From the IMG/VR virus record IMGVR_UViG_3300047561_001367, positions 1-64,000 of that record: a stretch of DNA of 64,000 bases, one strand, 5' to 3'. Shown in pieces: positions 56,501 through 64,000 of this stretch (its first letter is position 1; the number at the start of each line of letters is the position of its first letter). Below the pieces are notes generated by a model. The model had not been told where the DNA came from, did no database searches, and saw only the letters and a list, made by a program, of their open reading frames with translations. A program made the translations under genes and the position numbers. This DNA comes from a virus (lineage: Duplodnaviria > Caudoviricetes).

Positions 56501-56926
56501 CCATTTATTTATAATAAAAATAATCAAACAGAAAGTTCTGCCCCAAATGATCACGGTGGTTATGATAAAGGAGTTATGGAATCAAAACGCAATCGTGGGT
56601 CGAGTTCTTCAAAAACTGGTATGATTGCAAATATGGGTTATGGTGGAAAAAATGCTTACTCTACCTCTAGTCCTACATTTAATATTAATTTCAGTCCACA
56701 AACAACTAATAACCATTCACAAGGATTTGTTCCAAATTTTGCGAATAATGATAAAGTAAACTATGAAGAATTGATTGGTAAGATGAAAAAAGATATGGAA
56801 AAACGTTGGTCGGAGGCTCAGAATACTATAGCACCAATGCAAAAAACACTAGATAATGCCCAAAGAAATAAAATTATTCCAGGGGCAGTTCCAAAAATTT
56901 ACGGACCTAAATTAGCAATAACATAA
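47561..56926 (+). CDS. tail tape measure protein (3121 aa)
   Basis: TP901-type core (EFSRQG, LAEAISRVGS.A...GVS..EL, IGNSFKTIFTR); length; synteny. Confidence 0.93.
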   Translation: MANIDITIGGNTRQLEKDIQNTVNKSYNINLTTKGDQPLGRITGKVNEFTKSLDASNARVIAFGASAGVIYGIQRAFDSLVSSTIEVQKSLQDINVILNVSTSQINKFGSELFNIAKNTGQSFQEVAKAATEFSRQGLGVEETLKRTSQALILSRLSGLDAAKSVEALTAAVNSFASQAVTASEVVNKFANVDAAFAVSSGDLAEAISRVGSSAAQSGVSLNELIAIVTSAQQTTARGGAVIGNSFKTIFTRLQRGKVVDLLGSLGVGDTDSQGKVKSTIQLLQDLAKVYDTLGRGQQSDVAEKVGGVFQINILKAALADLGKEYSVYNSALRTAASSTDQAISRNEALNKTYAAQLNTLSQNAKQLSANVGQRVLGPTFDRVVGGANDLLGGVNESDGQGVGATLAKGILDGIGKTIAGPGLALIGGVLIKLIGDFSKFAAGSVKELLGLNTATKQQADLQKSVNDILSKNPALIELALKGEQGLASAAEVLLSNLRAQTVELEKQQQISAKLAQQFYGAGVRVTGGVPTAPPAPKAKGKAAGYIPNFVSDAIAEKYTAISLGATSTVRPHMSEGTIGGRKFVMNDQETEYPGVGRNGDSMVIPHYAARGFVPNFAPANIKAIREGNIFEKQINKILFGIESDAGSRALDFLPSNSIGSLPSEIKKSLNISPASRYGDAKRTESKSSQANFVSKVLRQFPNILNNREPDKNNFIDLSNAPELSGLAMLFINEGTDKKSFAYLGTGGPNKVAQGKGSNYGQKTGKIFQQNKAIANNKRNVTIKVPYLSDKIDVSKLPSLESGKRSYASKFKKSFASGFIPNFATTGTGSVIDLGDIAAGSPILKGKIASLIYPGESSGIQKVPVKSVYRGQAFKGLLPTAGINKGELKQGINIPNVEDDVEQMLLNQANNFGQVLSSSGIPMSALVKGELPNTGAVKGAAGVAFEGAVKSVVNKSLQSTSQNANIDFASPSTKLRSIFNKAPGVYDAKYTTGLADDVLAKLLRFAQPAVAGVTKQVTSGPGFKEYQAKRQAALDEIKKSGVTGSVNIKKALRGKGFARGFIPNFSALQDAVAREQGAGIPKSQIYIAQHSRLAAAGYNPLGLGVFNKIDEPTSAARDGAVKKRGYAGGFIPNFADEGAQTPSFTQGVLAVGTQLTTLAFILGARRADINKSLIDIARANRDQAKSKIKALKEELNAKVQVDSGLRTAGINPGVLMTEKSANSPERQRGLQAQIDALKSGKGRFGPSTGQRFMASVGGGQGLANIGMFAAPIIAETIKNQIPQDTKGGRVGASVVSGLGQTASMAGTGFMLGGPMGAVVGGLVGAGIAFTDVINQASSALPELTAAAEKAGQALSRSNDQSQQIRAGIGQIKELRNAGNFKDAAKQQLNLEQLIREMELGPGVNRTDALAAIKQLDFAGLEQALQKNTDALTRQGTSTGNIESITKLIEGGKGKEAGTKLFQIGQREAAGSGKELSAKDYDKSIRDIINVFRKVKSNVEVSQSEFEKLPGFSKELINQIADGSIDAGQLTDILQGLLGAAGDARKEAAEIAKRLGKGNPPLQKLIESFTTAQSNIAKFAQQAAITTALQSELNNAISTAKDAILQNDLENKSEIFGKDLLNNPKLAQQFGLDAGLNKIKGPENNDSVIKAQTALSDYVKNTITNNLSAQAGGISLSGKDSNTPINDTLAAVTSLQDVIQKLINTTSGNNIQLNNVGLNPDERSTQIIDEIKKLTGNEVSTEDQAKIRELNQQLVRETVIGNTIQRQQLRVLAQNSIQNLVKQFVTATQNAFGGKEGFVGGNLELFDNLDQAVADFNNLQNVSDNPLKIEQGRASTTILDELSKLIGRDVTGSLSPDNMLVKSATQGQALDLQANIEEMLSTITKLPGGGEDLKGTIVSLLREQSGAGTNNIQDIAQQMAKTRVGGQQANNGLLEDLRRNAIANLEDLNKREGSKGKYDEIIKMAKENPSGIFNDTQSLIASETSRQTGILEQILNAINNKGGLTGETQKTTSDTTNTQSESTDRKIKVRPVPENSSYTTMSSGFVPSFAKEARDIKKGIGGALASDRAKFIPNLNGKPAVINSGEKLIPNFANTGQTAVLTRNMQKMMNMAGGFIPNFATGSAKDEKQLQEALLRAAGVNSLVQKNLGLGFENPLGAAGEIPSVERFNANDPNNKNYRAFTEIYGRSAKVSFKAGAVGVGTISNEATALTQNLLPTTNNPSKLSENLSQSSEMNRAVGIRGTNKDSLAKAQKEYRKRLEKYADKIVALNEKAGKPFAKTENLKLSGMEGYDKRAFGVNDASRGIITSEFVKSNSRDYSIERLSTLNSMLFEGIQRGGITAEDLISQGIAKNKDESDYMIREIEKISNLTSTPTPKPTATPKPKPAPAPTPTATPKPVPTATPKPASPSPLPPPTNTPTSTPLIPKNLPIGATPFSRASILTNFRDNPIENPGNINRMVTDKNGRLVGYSRQLVDGKAMAKAGKSVSEIEKATRMARDAARAANSPYQLIGGQNNRPGVQINKTTGMSNYVPKAVLNDKKTTGDLSQRITDLKNQRSQASQPSQISRRLDGVITPGVSFERVGRDVYRDTATGALTSNRQMSAGKVTTSAMREAQARQDEMNKRANYSTGFIPNFVNAADYNKQRITQMTPDKDGLVPNSPFSKIARKYYDRNLLQKNIGFSEFETLYGRANGIGEGNGLGIGPDSYLTTASVAKGTPKSRKLPMAIQMALFNRAASPISEYTSLFDNTTIKTGGGRGIPAANYTNVEKEGRISSYRNGRLMSVQRPSNESYVTEGTTDDTIAKNIGKGITQYFGSKDAQLGGLGSYKGRREVQGNTTSLYDKSDKLIGTAYSLVGGEAMRQAGKSISQIEAATRAVRQTNEQKPGGTGEIYHVGPKAGERTEAQKNKDAGINPVSAPSLDSMPDKEKIKPAYAHGFIPNFAKNFDGKSFLRAAKEAANAEIQQTGGTARPALGFDKGNPNKPFIYNKNNQTESSAPNDHGGYDKGVMESKRNRGSSSSKTGMIANMGYGGKNAYSTSSPTFNINFSPQTTNNHSQGFVPNFANNDKVNYEELIGKMKKDMEKRWSEAQNTIAPMQKTLDNAQRNKIIPGAVPKIYGPKLAIT
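54661..54825 (+). repeat. Pro/Thr-rich low-complexity linker in TMP
   Basis: TPTPKPTATPKPKPAPAPTPTATPKP... Confidence 0.85.
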
Positions 56927-56930
56927 TAAT

Positions 56931-58538
56931 ATGAATTTATCAAATGCAACAGTTGTAAGTTTTAATAGAAGAACTCAGTATTTGGGGGAGAATGCTAGTT
57001 TAAAAAGCGTGGTTGAATTAAGCGTACAGTGTGCCGCAGTAGGCACAAATTTTGGCACTATTCATGGTATTATTAATGGTATTGCGAATAGCGCGGGTAC
57101 AACCCAATTTCGTGAGGATATTTCAATTAATGGTACTAGTTTTGGCAAAGGTTATGTATCGTCTGTAACTGCTAGTCCAGACGGTACAGACACACAAATG
57201 AAAATGTATACTGTAAATGTATCTATAGAGTATGCTGGTAACTTATCTAAAATTTTTTCAACTGTAGGTGATTCTTCTTTATTACAATCGTTTTCTGATA
57301 GTTATAATTTTTCAAGAGAGGGCGTGAAAGAAAATTACACGCAAGAATGTAATTTACAAATAAATCCAGATGATCGTGCCAATGGGCTTAACATTGGAAA
57401 GGGAATCGTATCTGCTGTAGCTGCTGATACCACTAGATTACAATCAATGCTGGGCTTCCCACCAACATTAGGTGGATGTAAAAAATTTAACGAAGAGAAT
57501 TACGATCAAAAATCTAATACTTATTCTTTTAAATCCTCATGGCAAATTTATAAAAATACAGACTCCTCTCCAAGTACTTTAGTTAGCTATTCTACTAGCG
57601 GCCAATTTAATGAAGATGGGACTATTACTGTAACAGTTAAAGTTGATGTTATTGGTAATAGCGGCGATACAGCCCAGCAAAGAGCTAATGAAGCTAAAGC
57701 AAAAGTTGAATCGCTAAAATCTAGTTTATTTGCGAAAGCAAGTTCTTTATATAGTCAAATAAAAAATAGTATCAGCGGTATACACAATTCTTTGCAAGAT
57801 TATCCAACGACTGAGACTACTGATGTAGCTATATCTGAAGGCAGAGCTTCATCATCTAGAACTTATACTAATAGTTTAGAAATATACGCATCTGATAAAG
57901 TTTATTGGCAATATTCTAATAGCGTAACAAACGAAGAATTATCTTCAATTATTAGCGAAGAGGGCACGATTTTTGGAGGTGGGCCTTTAAATGACGCTAA
58001 AACTTCTTTAAATAGTCCAACTCAAAAATACAATAGCGCTAAAAGTAAATTTAATAGCATTAAAGGTGAAATAAAACAACGTGCTAAAAATTTATGGGAT
58101 AATACGGGTTCAGGTGATTTTAAACTAGTTTCTTATTCTATTTCGCATGGATATAATGCTGGTTCAATAAAATATAACTATAGATATTCTAATAATCCAG
58201 CTTTAAAATTTGGTGATGAGGACGTTACGACACCTATTAGAAAAAAACACTCAGATACTAGTTATGATGTGAATGTAAATCTTAGTAGTAATTTTTTACT
58301 TTTTGGTCAAGATATGTATGAACTACTTCAAAGACAACCTAACATTATGCCTAAGAAAAAAATTACAAGAGAAAGTATGAATGGTTTAGGTACTTTAAAA
58401 ATGGGCGATTATATAACTCAAAGTACCGTACCAAGTTTAGGTGGAAATTCAGTAATTGAAAGTATTACATTTCAATTTTCAATTAAAAATCGTGAATTCA
58501 CATCTGAATATAATATATTAGAAATCGTAGATAAATAA
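56931..58538 (+). CDS. tail-tip/baseplate protein
   Basis: Synteny after TMP; Ser/Thr-rich beta pattern. Confidence 0.6.
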   Translation: MNLSNATVVSFNRRTQYLGENASLKSVVELSVQCAAVGTNFGTIHGIINGIANSAGTTQFREDISINGTSFGKGYVSSVTASPDGTDTQMKMYTVNVSIEYAGNLSKIFSTVGDSSLLQSFSDSYNFSREGVKENYTQECNLQINPDDRANGLNIGKGIVSAVAADTTRLQSMLGFPPTLGGCKKFNEENYDQKSNTYSFKSSWQIYKNTDSSPSTLVSYSTSGQFNEDGTITVTVKVDVIGNSGDTAQQRANEAKAKVESLKSSLFAKASSLYSQIKNSISGIHNSLQDYPTTETTDVAISEGRASSSRTYTNSLEIYASDKVYWQYSNSVTNEELSSIISEEGTIFGGGPLNDAKTSLNSPTQKYNSAKSKFNSIKGEIKQRAKNLWDNTGSGDFKLVSYSISHGYNAGSIKYNYRYSNNPALKFGDEDVTTPIRKKHSDTSYDVNVNLSSNFLLFGQDMYELLQRQPNIMPKKKITRESMNGLGTLKMGDYITQSTVPSLGGNSVIESITFQFSIKNREFTSEYNILEIVDK

Positions 58539-58544
58539 TATGAT

Positions 58545-60104
58545 ATGACTTACGGAGGAGTAAAACTAGGTACAGATGAACCATTTGCTGGAATAAGCAC
58601 TGAAACAGTTGTTTATGGTGGTAAGTTATGCACTATTAAAAGAGTCACATGTCAGGGTAAGATATATACATGTGATAGTCGTGGAAATAAAATTGATGTT
58701 TTATCACAAATAAATGCTTTTCAAAATGCGGTTAGTAGTGATTATCAATCATTTTCTGCCGGAAGTTTTTCCGTTGCTAATGCAAGATGTGAATCTTTAT
58801 CCATTACCAATTCAGACTATTTAGGTGCAGAATATAGCGCAGAATTTTTAGCTTATCCAGACGAATGGTTTAAAGGTACTATCGGTATTTTAGATCCTGT
58901 AGACTCCGTTAAAGGAACGGAAAATAAAGACGGAACAATTAGTATTACACGAACTATTTCTGGGAGAGGTATTAGCAAATCAGCTGGTGATGGTTTAGAT
59001 AAGGTTATTAGTTGGATTAAAGGTTTAAATCCCAAAACTTTTCCATCAACTAATTTTTTAACATCGTCTTTAAAATCGGCGGGTGCCCCATCACCGCGCA
59101 GAATCCAAGAGGTTATTAATCGTGCAGAAGGTTCTGCAAGTGTAGAGGTTGAATTTGTTTTCAATTCTGGTAGCCGTAGTACATGTTTATTAGTTTTTAC
59201 TGTTGATAATAATTACGATGATCGTGGTGGAATAGAGTCTAGCACTGTAAGCGGATCGATTAGCGGGGGTGTTGATAGTACTATAGAGAGCGTTCGTAGT
59301 GAATTTAATGGGTTTACTCCTTTTAATTACGCACAGAGCGCGTCTAAATATACATTACTTCCCGAATGTATAGCCAAAAGTATAGAGGAGAACGAAGCGG
59401 AGTTAACAATTAATTTTAGTTTTACTTACAATAGTTTTCCAATCAATCAACAGATAAATTCCGAGTCAACAATTCAATATGATTTTATTCGTGATATAGG
59501 CACAATAACAATTGGTGGAGACGCTTCATTAGTAAAACTTCCACAAAAATCTCGCCAAGATCAAATTGATAATTTAGTACAAGCTGCTCAAATAAAATCA
59601 ACAGCTCAGACTGAATTTCAAAATCTATCACCAAAATCTAATCCGCCTTTAAATACTTCGTTACCATCAAATTTTAGCATAAGTACATCTAAAAATTCTC
59701 AAATTAGTAAAACTTTTAATGTTTCTTACGATAATTCAGCCATAATTCCAGATGGATTAAAAGCTAATGTTTTAGATTTTGATTATTCAATTGATTATTC
59801 GCCATCTATTCAAGTCAAAATACCAGTTGCTCTTTTAAAAGGGGATAGTGCGGTTTTTAATATGAAAGCAAAAACACGGGCTAGGATAAGTATAAAGGGC
59901 GTTGCTATTTCAAGAGACTCTGGATTAAATACGAACGTTTTAAATGCAGCTGAAAAAATTTTAGATGACATTGGTGGTTCAGAAAACTTCAATGATATAT
60001 TTATAGAAAAAAAATCTGTAATTTACTCTATAGATAATGATAATGGTTATAAATATAACTTTGAAATTACTAAAACAGCGGAGGGTAAAGTATATGGAGG
60101 CTAA
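58545..60104 (+). CDS. tail-tip/baseplate protein (similar architecture to the preceding gene)
   Basis: Synteny; shared N.DGTI.(I/V)T motif. Confidence 0.6.
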   Translation: MTYGGVKLGTDEPFAGISTETVVYGGKLCTIKRVTCQGKIYTCDSRGNKIDVLSQINAFQNAVSSDYQSFSAGSFSVANARCESLSITNSDYLGAEYSAEFLAYPDEWFKGTIGILDPVDSVKGTENKDGTISITRTISGRGISKSAGDGLDKVISWIKGLNPKTFPSTNFLTSSLKSAGAPSPRRIQEVINRAEGSASVEVEFVFNSGSRSTCLLVFTVDNNYDDRGGIESSTVSGSISGGVDSTIESVRSEFNGFTPFNYAQSASKYTLLPECIAKSIEENEAELTINFSFTYNSFPINQQINSESTIQYDFIRDIGTITIGGDASLVKLPQKSRQDQIDNLVQAAQIKSTAQTEFQNLSPKSNPPLNTSLPSNFSISTSKNSQISKTFNVSYDNSAIIPDGLKANVLDFDYSIDYSPSIQVKIPVALLKGDSAVFNMKAKTRARISIKGVAISRDSGLNTNVLNAAEKILDDIGGSENFNDIFIEKKSVIYSIDNDNGYKYNFEITKTAEGKVYGG

Positions 60105-61950
60105 TTATACAGATTATTATTTAAATAATATTGATACGGCTGCAAAGTCAAATATCTTTTTAAGATTTAATTTTTTAGAAACAGGTCTTATCGTAAAAAA
60201 TTTAGGTTATGCTTCTGGATTATTTTCAGGGCAAATCATTCCTAGAGTAAATAATTTTTGGCAAGATTCCGGTAAGGCTTATTTTTCTGGTAATTACATT
60301 AAAATTCCACAAATTACTGGTAGTGGACTTTTTGATATAAAAGATTCTACATTTATTTTTAACTATGAAAAATTAAAAATAGGATCTCATACATTTATTT
60401 CTAATGTTATCCGTGAAAATAGTACTGAGTATAACGTTAATGCTAACTCTTATACTGCTAATATTTATAAAGGATTTGAATTTGGTATAACAGCAAATAA
60501 TAATCTTTATTTTGAATATTTTAATGAAAATGGAGCAAATGTTTTTGTACAGAATAAAACTTTGGCAGATAAATCTGCTGTATTTTTAACTTTATTAAAT
60601 AATTCTATAAATTTTGGATATTTTGATTTTGTTACCCAAACAATTATTTCTGATAATTTTGCTATTAATTCAAGTTATATATTTAATCCTAAAAATTTAT
60701 ATATTGGATACAATCCAGATTCTTATGGCTTATATAATAATAACACCCCATTTGTAGGAAAAATAGCAGATTTTATGATTTCATCTCCGAAATTATTTTC
60801 GTCTCAAATCATTGAATTACAAAAAGGATTTTCATATAAATATACCCCTGGATATGAAGTAGTTACTTCGGGATTCATTACTGGAATTACTGGGTCATTA
60901 TTTACTATTACTGGTACTGGCTATATTATAACGGGTTATCAAAAAACTGCGACTGGTGTTATTACTGATAATTGGGGATTTGAAACTATGGGTTATAGTT
61001 TAAGTGCATTATATGGAGAGGAATTATTATATGGTAATCTTGATTTAACTGGATCTTATTGGGTATATAATACAGGGGTTAGTGGAAGCATAATTGAAAC
61101 ATATGGAAATAATTTTCTATCATTTTGTAAAAAAGTAATAAAATTTAATTCAAAAAAAGATAACGATGATTTTATTGAATTAGGTTTAAACACTGGAAAT
61201 TCAGAAGTTTTAAATAAAAAAAATATTCCTTTATTTTTTGATAATTACTCTAGTTCGTTTTTACGTAAAAATTTTAGAATCGATGATAAACATATATCTG
61301 TTTTTGCTAATGGCCAATTACAATTATCTGGTTTAATCAGTGGTATACCCCCCCAATATAATCAAGATATTATTAGAATAATAAATAATGATTATGGATT
61401 TGAAGATAGAAGGCTAATTTTTTATAATTTGTATGATAACAAATCTTTTGATTCAATTTTTATTGATTTAAAAACTGGCGATGCTGTAGAAATTAAAAAT
61501 TTTGTATACACTAAGGAACTCGTAGATCACTTATTTATAAATCATCGGATTCCATATAAATGGAGGGGGGCTTGGAAATACTGGAATTTTAATTCTACTA
61601 ATTCGTCAATGAACCTAGAACAGCATTTAAATTTAATAGAAGAAAATAGTAATTATAATTTATTCTTTAATGGCCAAAAACTAATCGAGGGTATCGATTA
61701 TCCTTATGATGGACTTACTGGTAATTTATTAATTGTTAGTCGTGATTATGATTATAATAATATTACTTCTGGGATATCTTCTATTTTATTAGACAATAAT
61801 TTTTACGATCAAACTTCTGAGATTTATGTAAATGGTATTCGACAAACTTTTAATGAAGATTATATTGAATTAGGTGAATTTGATTTAAATACTGGAACGC
61901 TGTTTTTAGAAAATCAACCTGATTTTATATATAATAATACAGACTTATAG
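60094..61950 (+). CDS. tail protein with LamG-like N-terminal region
   Basis: Start re-assigned to MEANYTDYY; LYIG....F.GKI.DF pattern; repeated .F.NGQ/NGI motifs. Confidence 0.6.
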   Translation: MEANYTDYYLNNIDTAAKSNIFLRFNFLETGLIVKNLGYASGLFSGQIIPRVNNFWQDSGKAYFSGNYIKIPQITGSGLFDIKDSTFIFNYEKLKIGSHTFISNVIRENSTEYNVNANSYTANIYKGFEFGITANNNLYFEYFNENGANVFVQNKTLADKSAVFLTLLNNSINFGYFDFVTQTIISDNFAINSSYIFNPKNLYIGYNPDSYGLYNNNTPFVGKIADFMISSPKLFSSQIIELQKGFSYKYTPGYEVVTSGFITGITGSLFTITGTGYIITGYQKTATGVITDNWGFETMGYSLSALYGEELLYGNLDLTGSYWVYNTGVSGSIIETYGNNFLSFCKKVIKFNSKKDNDDFIELGLNTGNSEVLNKKNIPLFFDNYSSSFLRKNFRIDDKHISVFANGQLQLSGLISGIPPQYNQDIIRIINNDYGFEDRRLIFYNLYDNKSFDSIFIDLKTGDAVEIKNFVYTKELVDHLFINHRIPYKWRGAWKYWNFNSTNSSMNLEQHLNLIEENSNYNLFFNGQKLIEGIDYPYDGLTGNLLIVSRDYDYNNITSGISSILLDNNFYDQTSEIYVNGIRQTFNEDYIELGEFDLNTGTLFLENQPDFIYNNTDL

Positions 61951-61954
61951 AGTT

Positions 61955-64000
61955 ATGAGAACTATTGATGTTAATAAAATACAGGGCGGTAATTTTTATG
62001 GAGGATTTCCATATAAAGTAAGCTGGCAGTTTGGAGGTTTAAAAGAACCGTCTCGATTAATTATAGAGGTAGTAAATAAAGATGGAAATTATGGTACTCC
62101 AATTTTAAGTTTTACGGATGAAGTATCTATGACTATAGGAAGTTTTAAGTTTCAAGGGTACTTAATTAGTTACGAATTAGATTCCACAGTACAGGAGAAA
62201 ATTTTAAGATTAGAATATGTTGATAAAAGTGTTATTATGGATAGATGGTGGGTTGGATTGAATGGAATCCATGGTGATAAAAAAAATAATAAAACTTTTC
62301 AAAATATGATTATTGTAGGTAAGCAATATCATCCATGTGATGAAAATATGGATTCTTCAATCGAATATACAGAAGTACAACCAAAGATTGATGCGTGTGA
62401 TCCATGTCCATATCTTCCACCAAATAAATATGATAACGCATGTAAGCCGGAACTAAAAGACATGGAAAATTTTGCTACATATTATACTTTTAGTGATTTA
62501 ATAAATCAGGTAAAAACTAAGGTTCCAGATTTAAATATTAAATATGATGCAACTAAAATATATATGTATAAAGCTCAGCATATTGGACCATTAAGGAGTG
62601 TGTTAGACTCTTGGGCTCAAGATTTGGGACTTTTGTATTTTTGGGATCCTTTTACAAAGGAGTTAAGTTTTAAAAATAGATCTATATTAGTTCCGCATGG
62701 TTTAACTTACGAAGATTTAAAATCAAATAAACAAGACGTTGTAGATGTTAAGTTTAAAAAAACATTAGAGGGTACATACTCTCGTGGTTTTATTGGATCA
62801 TTAAGAATGCCAGGTGAAGAAAAGCAATATAGATGTGAAAATGAAACTGCGGAAGTACTAAAACCATTAACTATTAATGATTTATATAATTTGCAAGATA
62901 ATACTACCCCAACTAATGCTAGTGATATTACTGATATGGAGGCTATAGAAATTTCTACTGCTTTATCCTATTATTCACAAGATTTACGAGATAGTTTTTT
63001 ATGGTTTAAATACTATAATATAAAAAACCATACGGATTGCGAAAAATATATTGTAGATACCGGCTCTTCATCTTCGTCTTCATCTTCTAGCGGTTCATCA
63101 TCGTCTTCATCAAAATCGTCTTCCTCTTCATCTAAACAACAATCAAGTAGTAAATCTTCTCTGAAGAGATCACCTTCAAATAATCAGTCTAAAGGTGGGG
63201 CAAAAGGTAATTCTTATGTTGGAAGTTCGCAACAATCAATAAATTCTCAAAATTTTCAAAAAAAACCTGGTTCATTATGGGGTTCGACTTCTGTTGGGCC
63301 TCAACCAAAATCTGATCCTTTAAATTTAGAATTATTTGGTTTTATGAAGATATTAGATGTCTACCATCCAAAAGGTACGCGTGATAAATCAAAATCAAAT
63401 TTTTATAAGTGTCGTCGTTACATGAGTAAAGATCAAAAGAAAGCTGCAATGGGAAAAAATGGGACTCCAGATGATCCAAAATATTATTTTTTTGTAGCCG
63501 AAAGTGATGAGGCGTCTTACCAGATGCTAACACAAATTGAACAAAAACGTGCTTCCGAATTTTTAGGTATTTATTATTGGCGTTATTTTAACACAAGAGT
63601 TCCAGGAGCAAGTAATGCAAGTACTGAAGTTAAGGTAACTGGACCGCCAGATGATGGTGGGGGGCAATGGTTTAGGGCAAATGAAGCTTCTAATAATTTA
63701 GCACTATTTAAATTTGACCATACTAAAGATTCTTTAATTGGCGGCTTTTTAAAAGACTCCCTATCATCTGGAGCGCAGGAAAATGATGATAAAATGGCTA
63801 CTCGTGAAGCTACTACATATACAGCAAATAATAGAACCCCAGACGATTTATTAACAAAGAGTATAATGATTTGGAATAGAACCCCGAAATGGGTGCCAGA
63901 AAAAGATTTTGCAGATAAATGGTACCAAACATTATATGCATGGCATAAAGATCAAATACCAGCAAAATTTTCAAACAGTGACGGTCGCCCCGAGTTTTTA
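61955..64000 (+). CDS. baseplate hub/Tal-like protein, 3'-truncated by the window
   Basis: ATG 61955 (MRTIDVNKIQGGNFYGGFP...); in-frame poly-Ser tract at ~63062-63160; no stop noticed to the window end. Confidence 0.6.
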   Translation, partial: MRTIDVNKIQGGNFYGGFPYKVSWQFGGLKEPSRLIIEVVNKDGNYGTPILSFTDEVSMTIGSFKFQGYLISYELDSTVQEKILRLEYVDKSVIMDRWWVGLNGIHGDKKNNKTFQNMIIVGKQYHPCDENMDSSIEYTEVQPKIDACDPCPYLPPNKYDNACKPELKDMENFATYYTFSDLINQVKTKVPDLNIKYDATKIYMYKAQHIGPLRSVLDSWAQDLGLLYFWDPFTKELSFKNRSILVPHGLTYEDLKSNKQDVVDVKFKKTLEGTYSRGFIGSLRMPGEEKQYRCENETAEVLKPLTINDLYNLQDNTTPTNASDITDMEAIEISTALSYYSQDLRDSFLWFKYYNIKNHTDCEKYIVDTGSSSSSSSSSGSSSSSSKSSSSSSKQQSSSKSSLKRSPSNNQSKGGAKGNSYVGSSQQSINSQNFQKKPGSLWGSTSVGPQPKSDPLNLELFGFMKILDVYHPKGTRDKSKSNFYKCRRYMSKDQKKAAMGKNGTPDDPKYYFFVAESDEASYQMLTQIEQKRASEFLGIYYWRYFNTRVPGASNASTEVKVTGPPDDGGGQWFRANEASNNLALFKFDHTKDSLIGGFLKDSLSSGAQENDDKMATREATTYTANNRTPDDLLTKSIMIWNRTPKWVPEKDFADKWYQTLYAWHKDQIPAKFSNSDGRPEFL

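Noticed and set aside
14643-63533. Short minus-strand and alternate-frame ORFs inside structural genes, including 44853..45086(-)
   Set aside because: Fully nested in long, motif-bearing plus-strand frames with no independent signals.
1-64000. Genome-wide stop-codon reassignment (TGA or TAG as sense)
   Set aside because: Long genes translate uninterrupted in code 11, and TGA serves as a real stop in ATGA overlaps (221, 12349, 34333, 42834). The tail-tube case is local.
1-64000. tRNA/rRNA genes, integrase, transposase, tail sheath, diversity-generating retroelement
   Set aside because: No cloverleaf, recombinase, transposase, sheath-sized gene before the tube, reverse transcriptase or adenine-variable repeat pair was seen by eye. 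A tRNAscan/Infernal run was not possible.

Overview
This is a 64-kb fragment of a large, AT-rich dsDNA tailed phage with siphovirus-like morphogenesis: a tail tube and a 3121-aa tape measure, with no sheath gene in the window. It has four parts. (1) 1-4.4 kb is a visibly more GC-rich early/host-takeover-like region of about 17 tiny minus-strand genes. They are driven by repeated sigma70-type promoters lying 6-7 nt before the ATG (leaderless). Three copies of a strictly spaced 77-bp element punctuate the region: a 27-bp palindrome, a 23-bp GC core and a 27-bp palindrome. The palindrome arms match the IHF consensus and sigma54-like motifs lie next to the elements. (2) 4.7-14.4 kb holds accessory and regulatory genes: three glycosyltransferase-like genes, PhoH, a plant-type LRR protein, an HExxH peptidase, a phage sigma factor and an ERCC4 nuclease. 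(3) 14.4-37.3 kb holds terminase and portal, a ~15-kb modular fibre/adhesin cluster, and a lysis cassette. (4) 37.3-64 kb holds protease/scaffold, decoration, major capsid, neck, tail tube, chaperones, tape measure and tail-tip genes. Highlights are the paired IHF-box elements, an unannotated in-frame UGA read-through extension of the tail tube protein that adds a CBM5/12-like domain, a tape measure segmented by GFIPNF motifs that bracket nuclease-like inserts, and a GTGTAA candidate late-promoter motif. All calls are by eye from motifs and synteny; no database search was run and the host is not determined.
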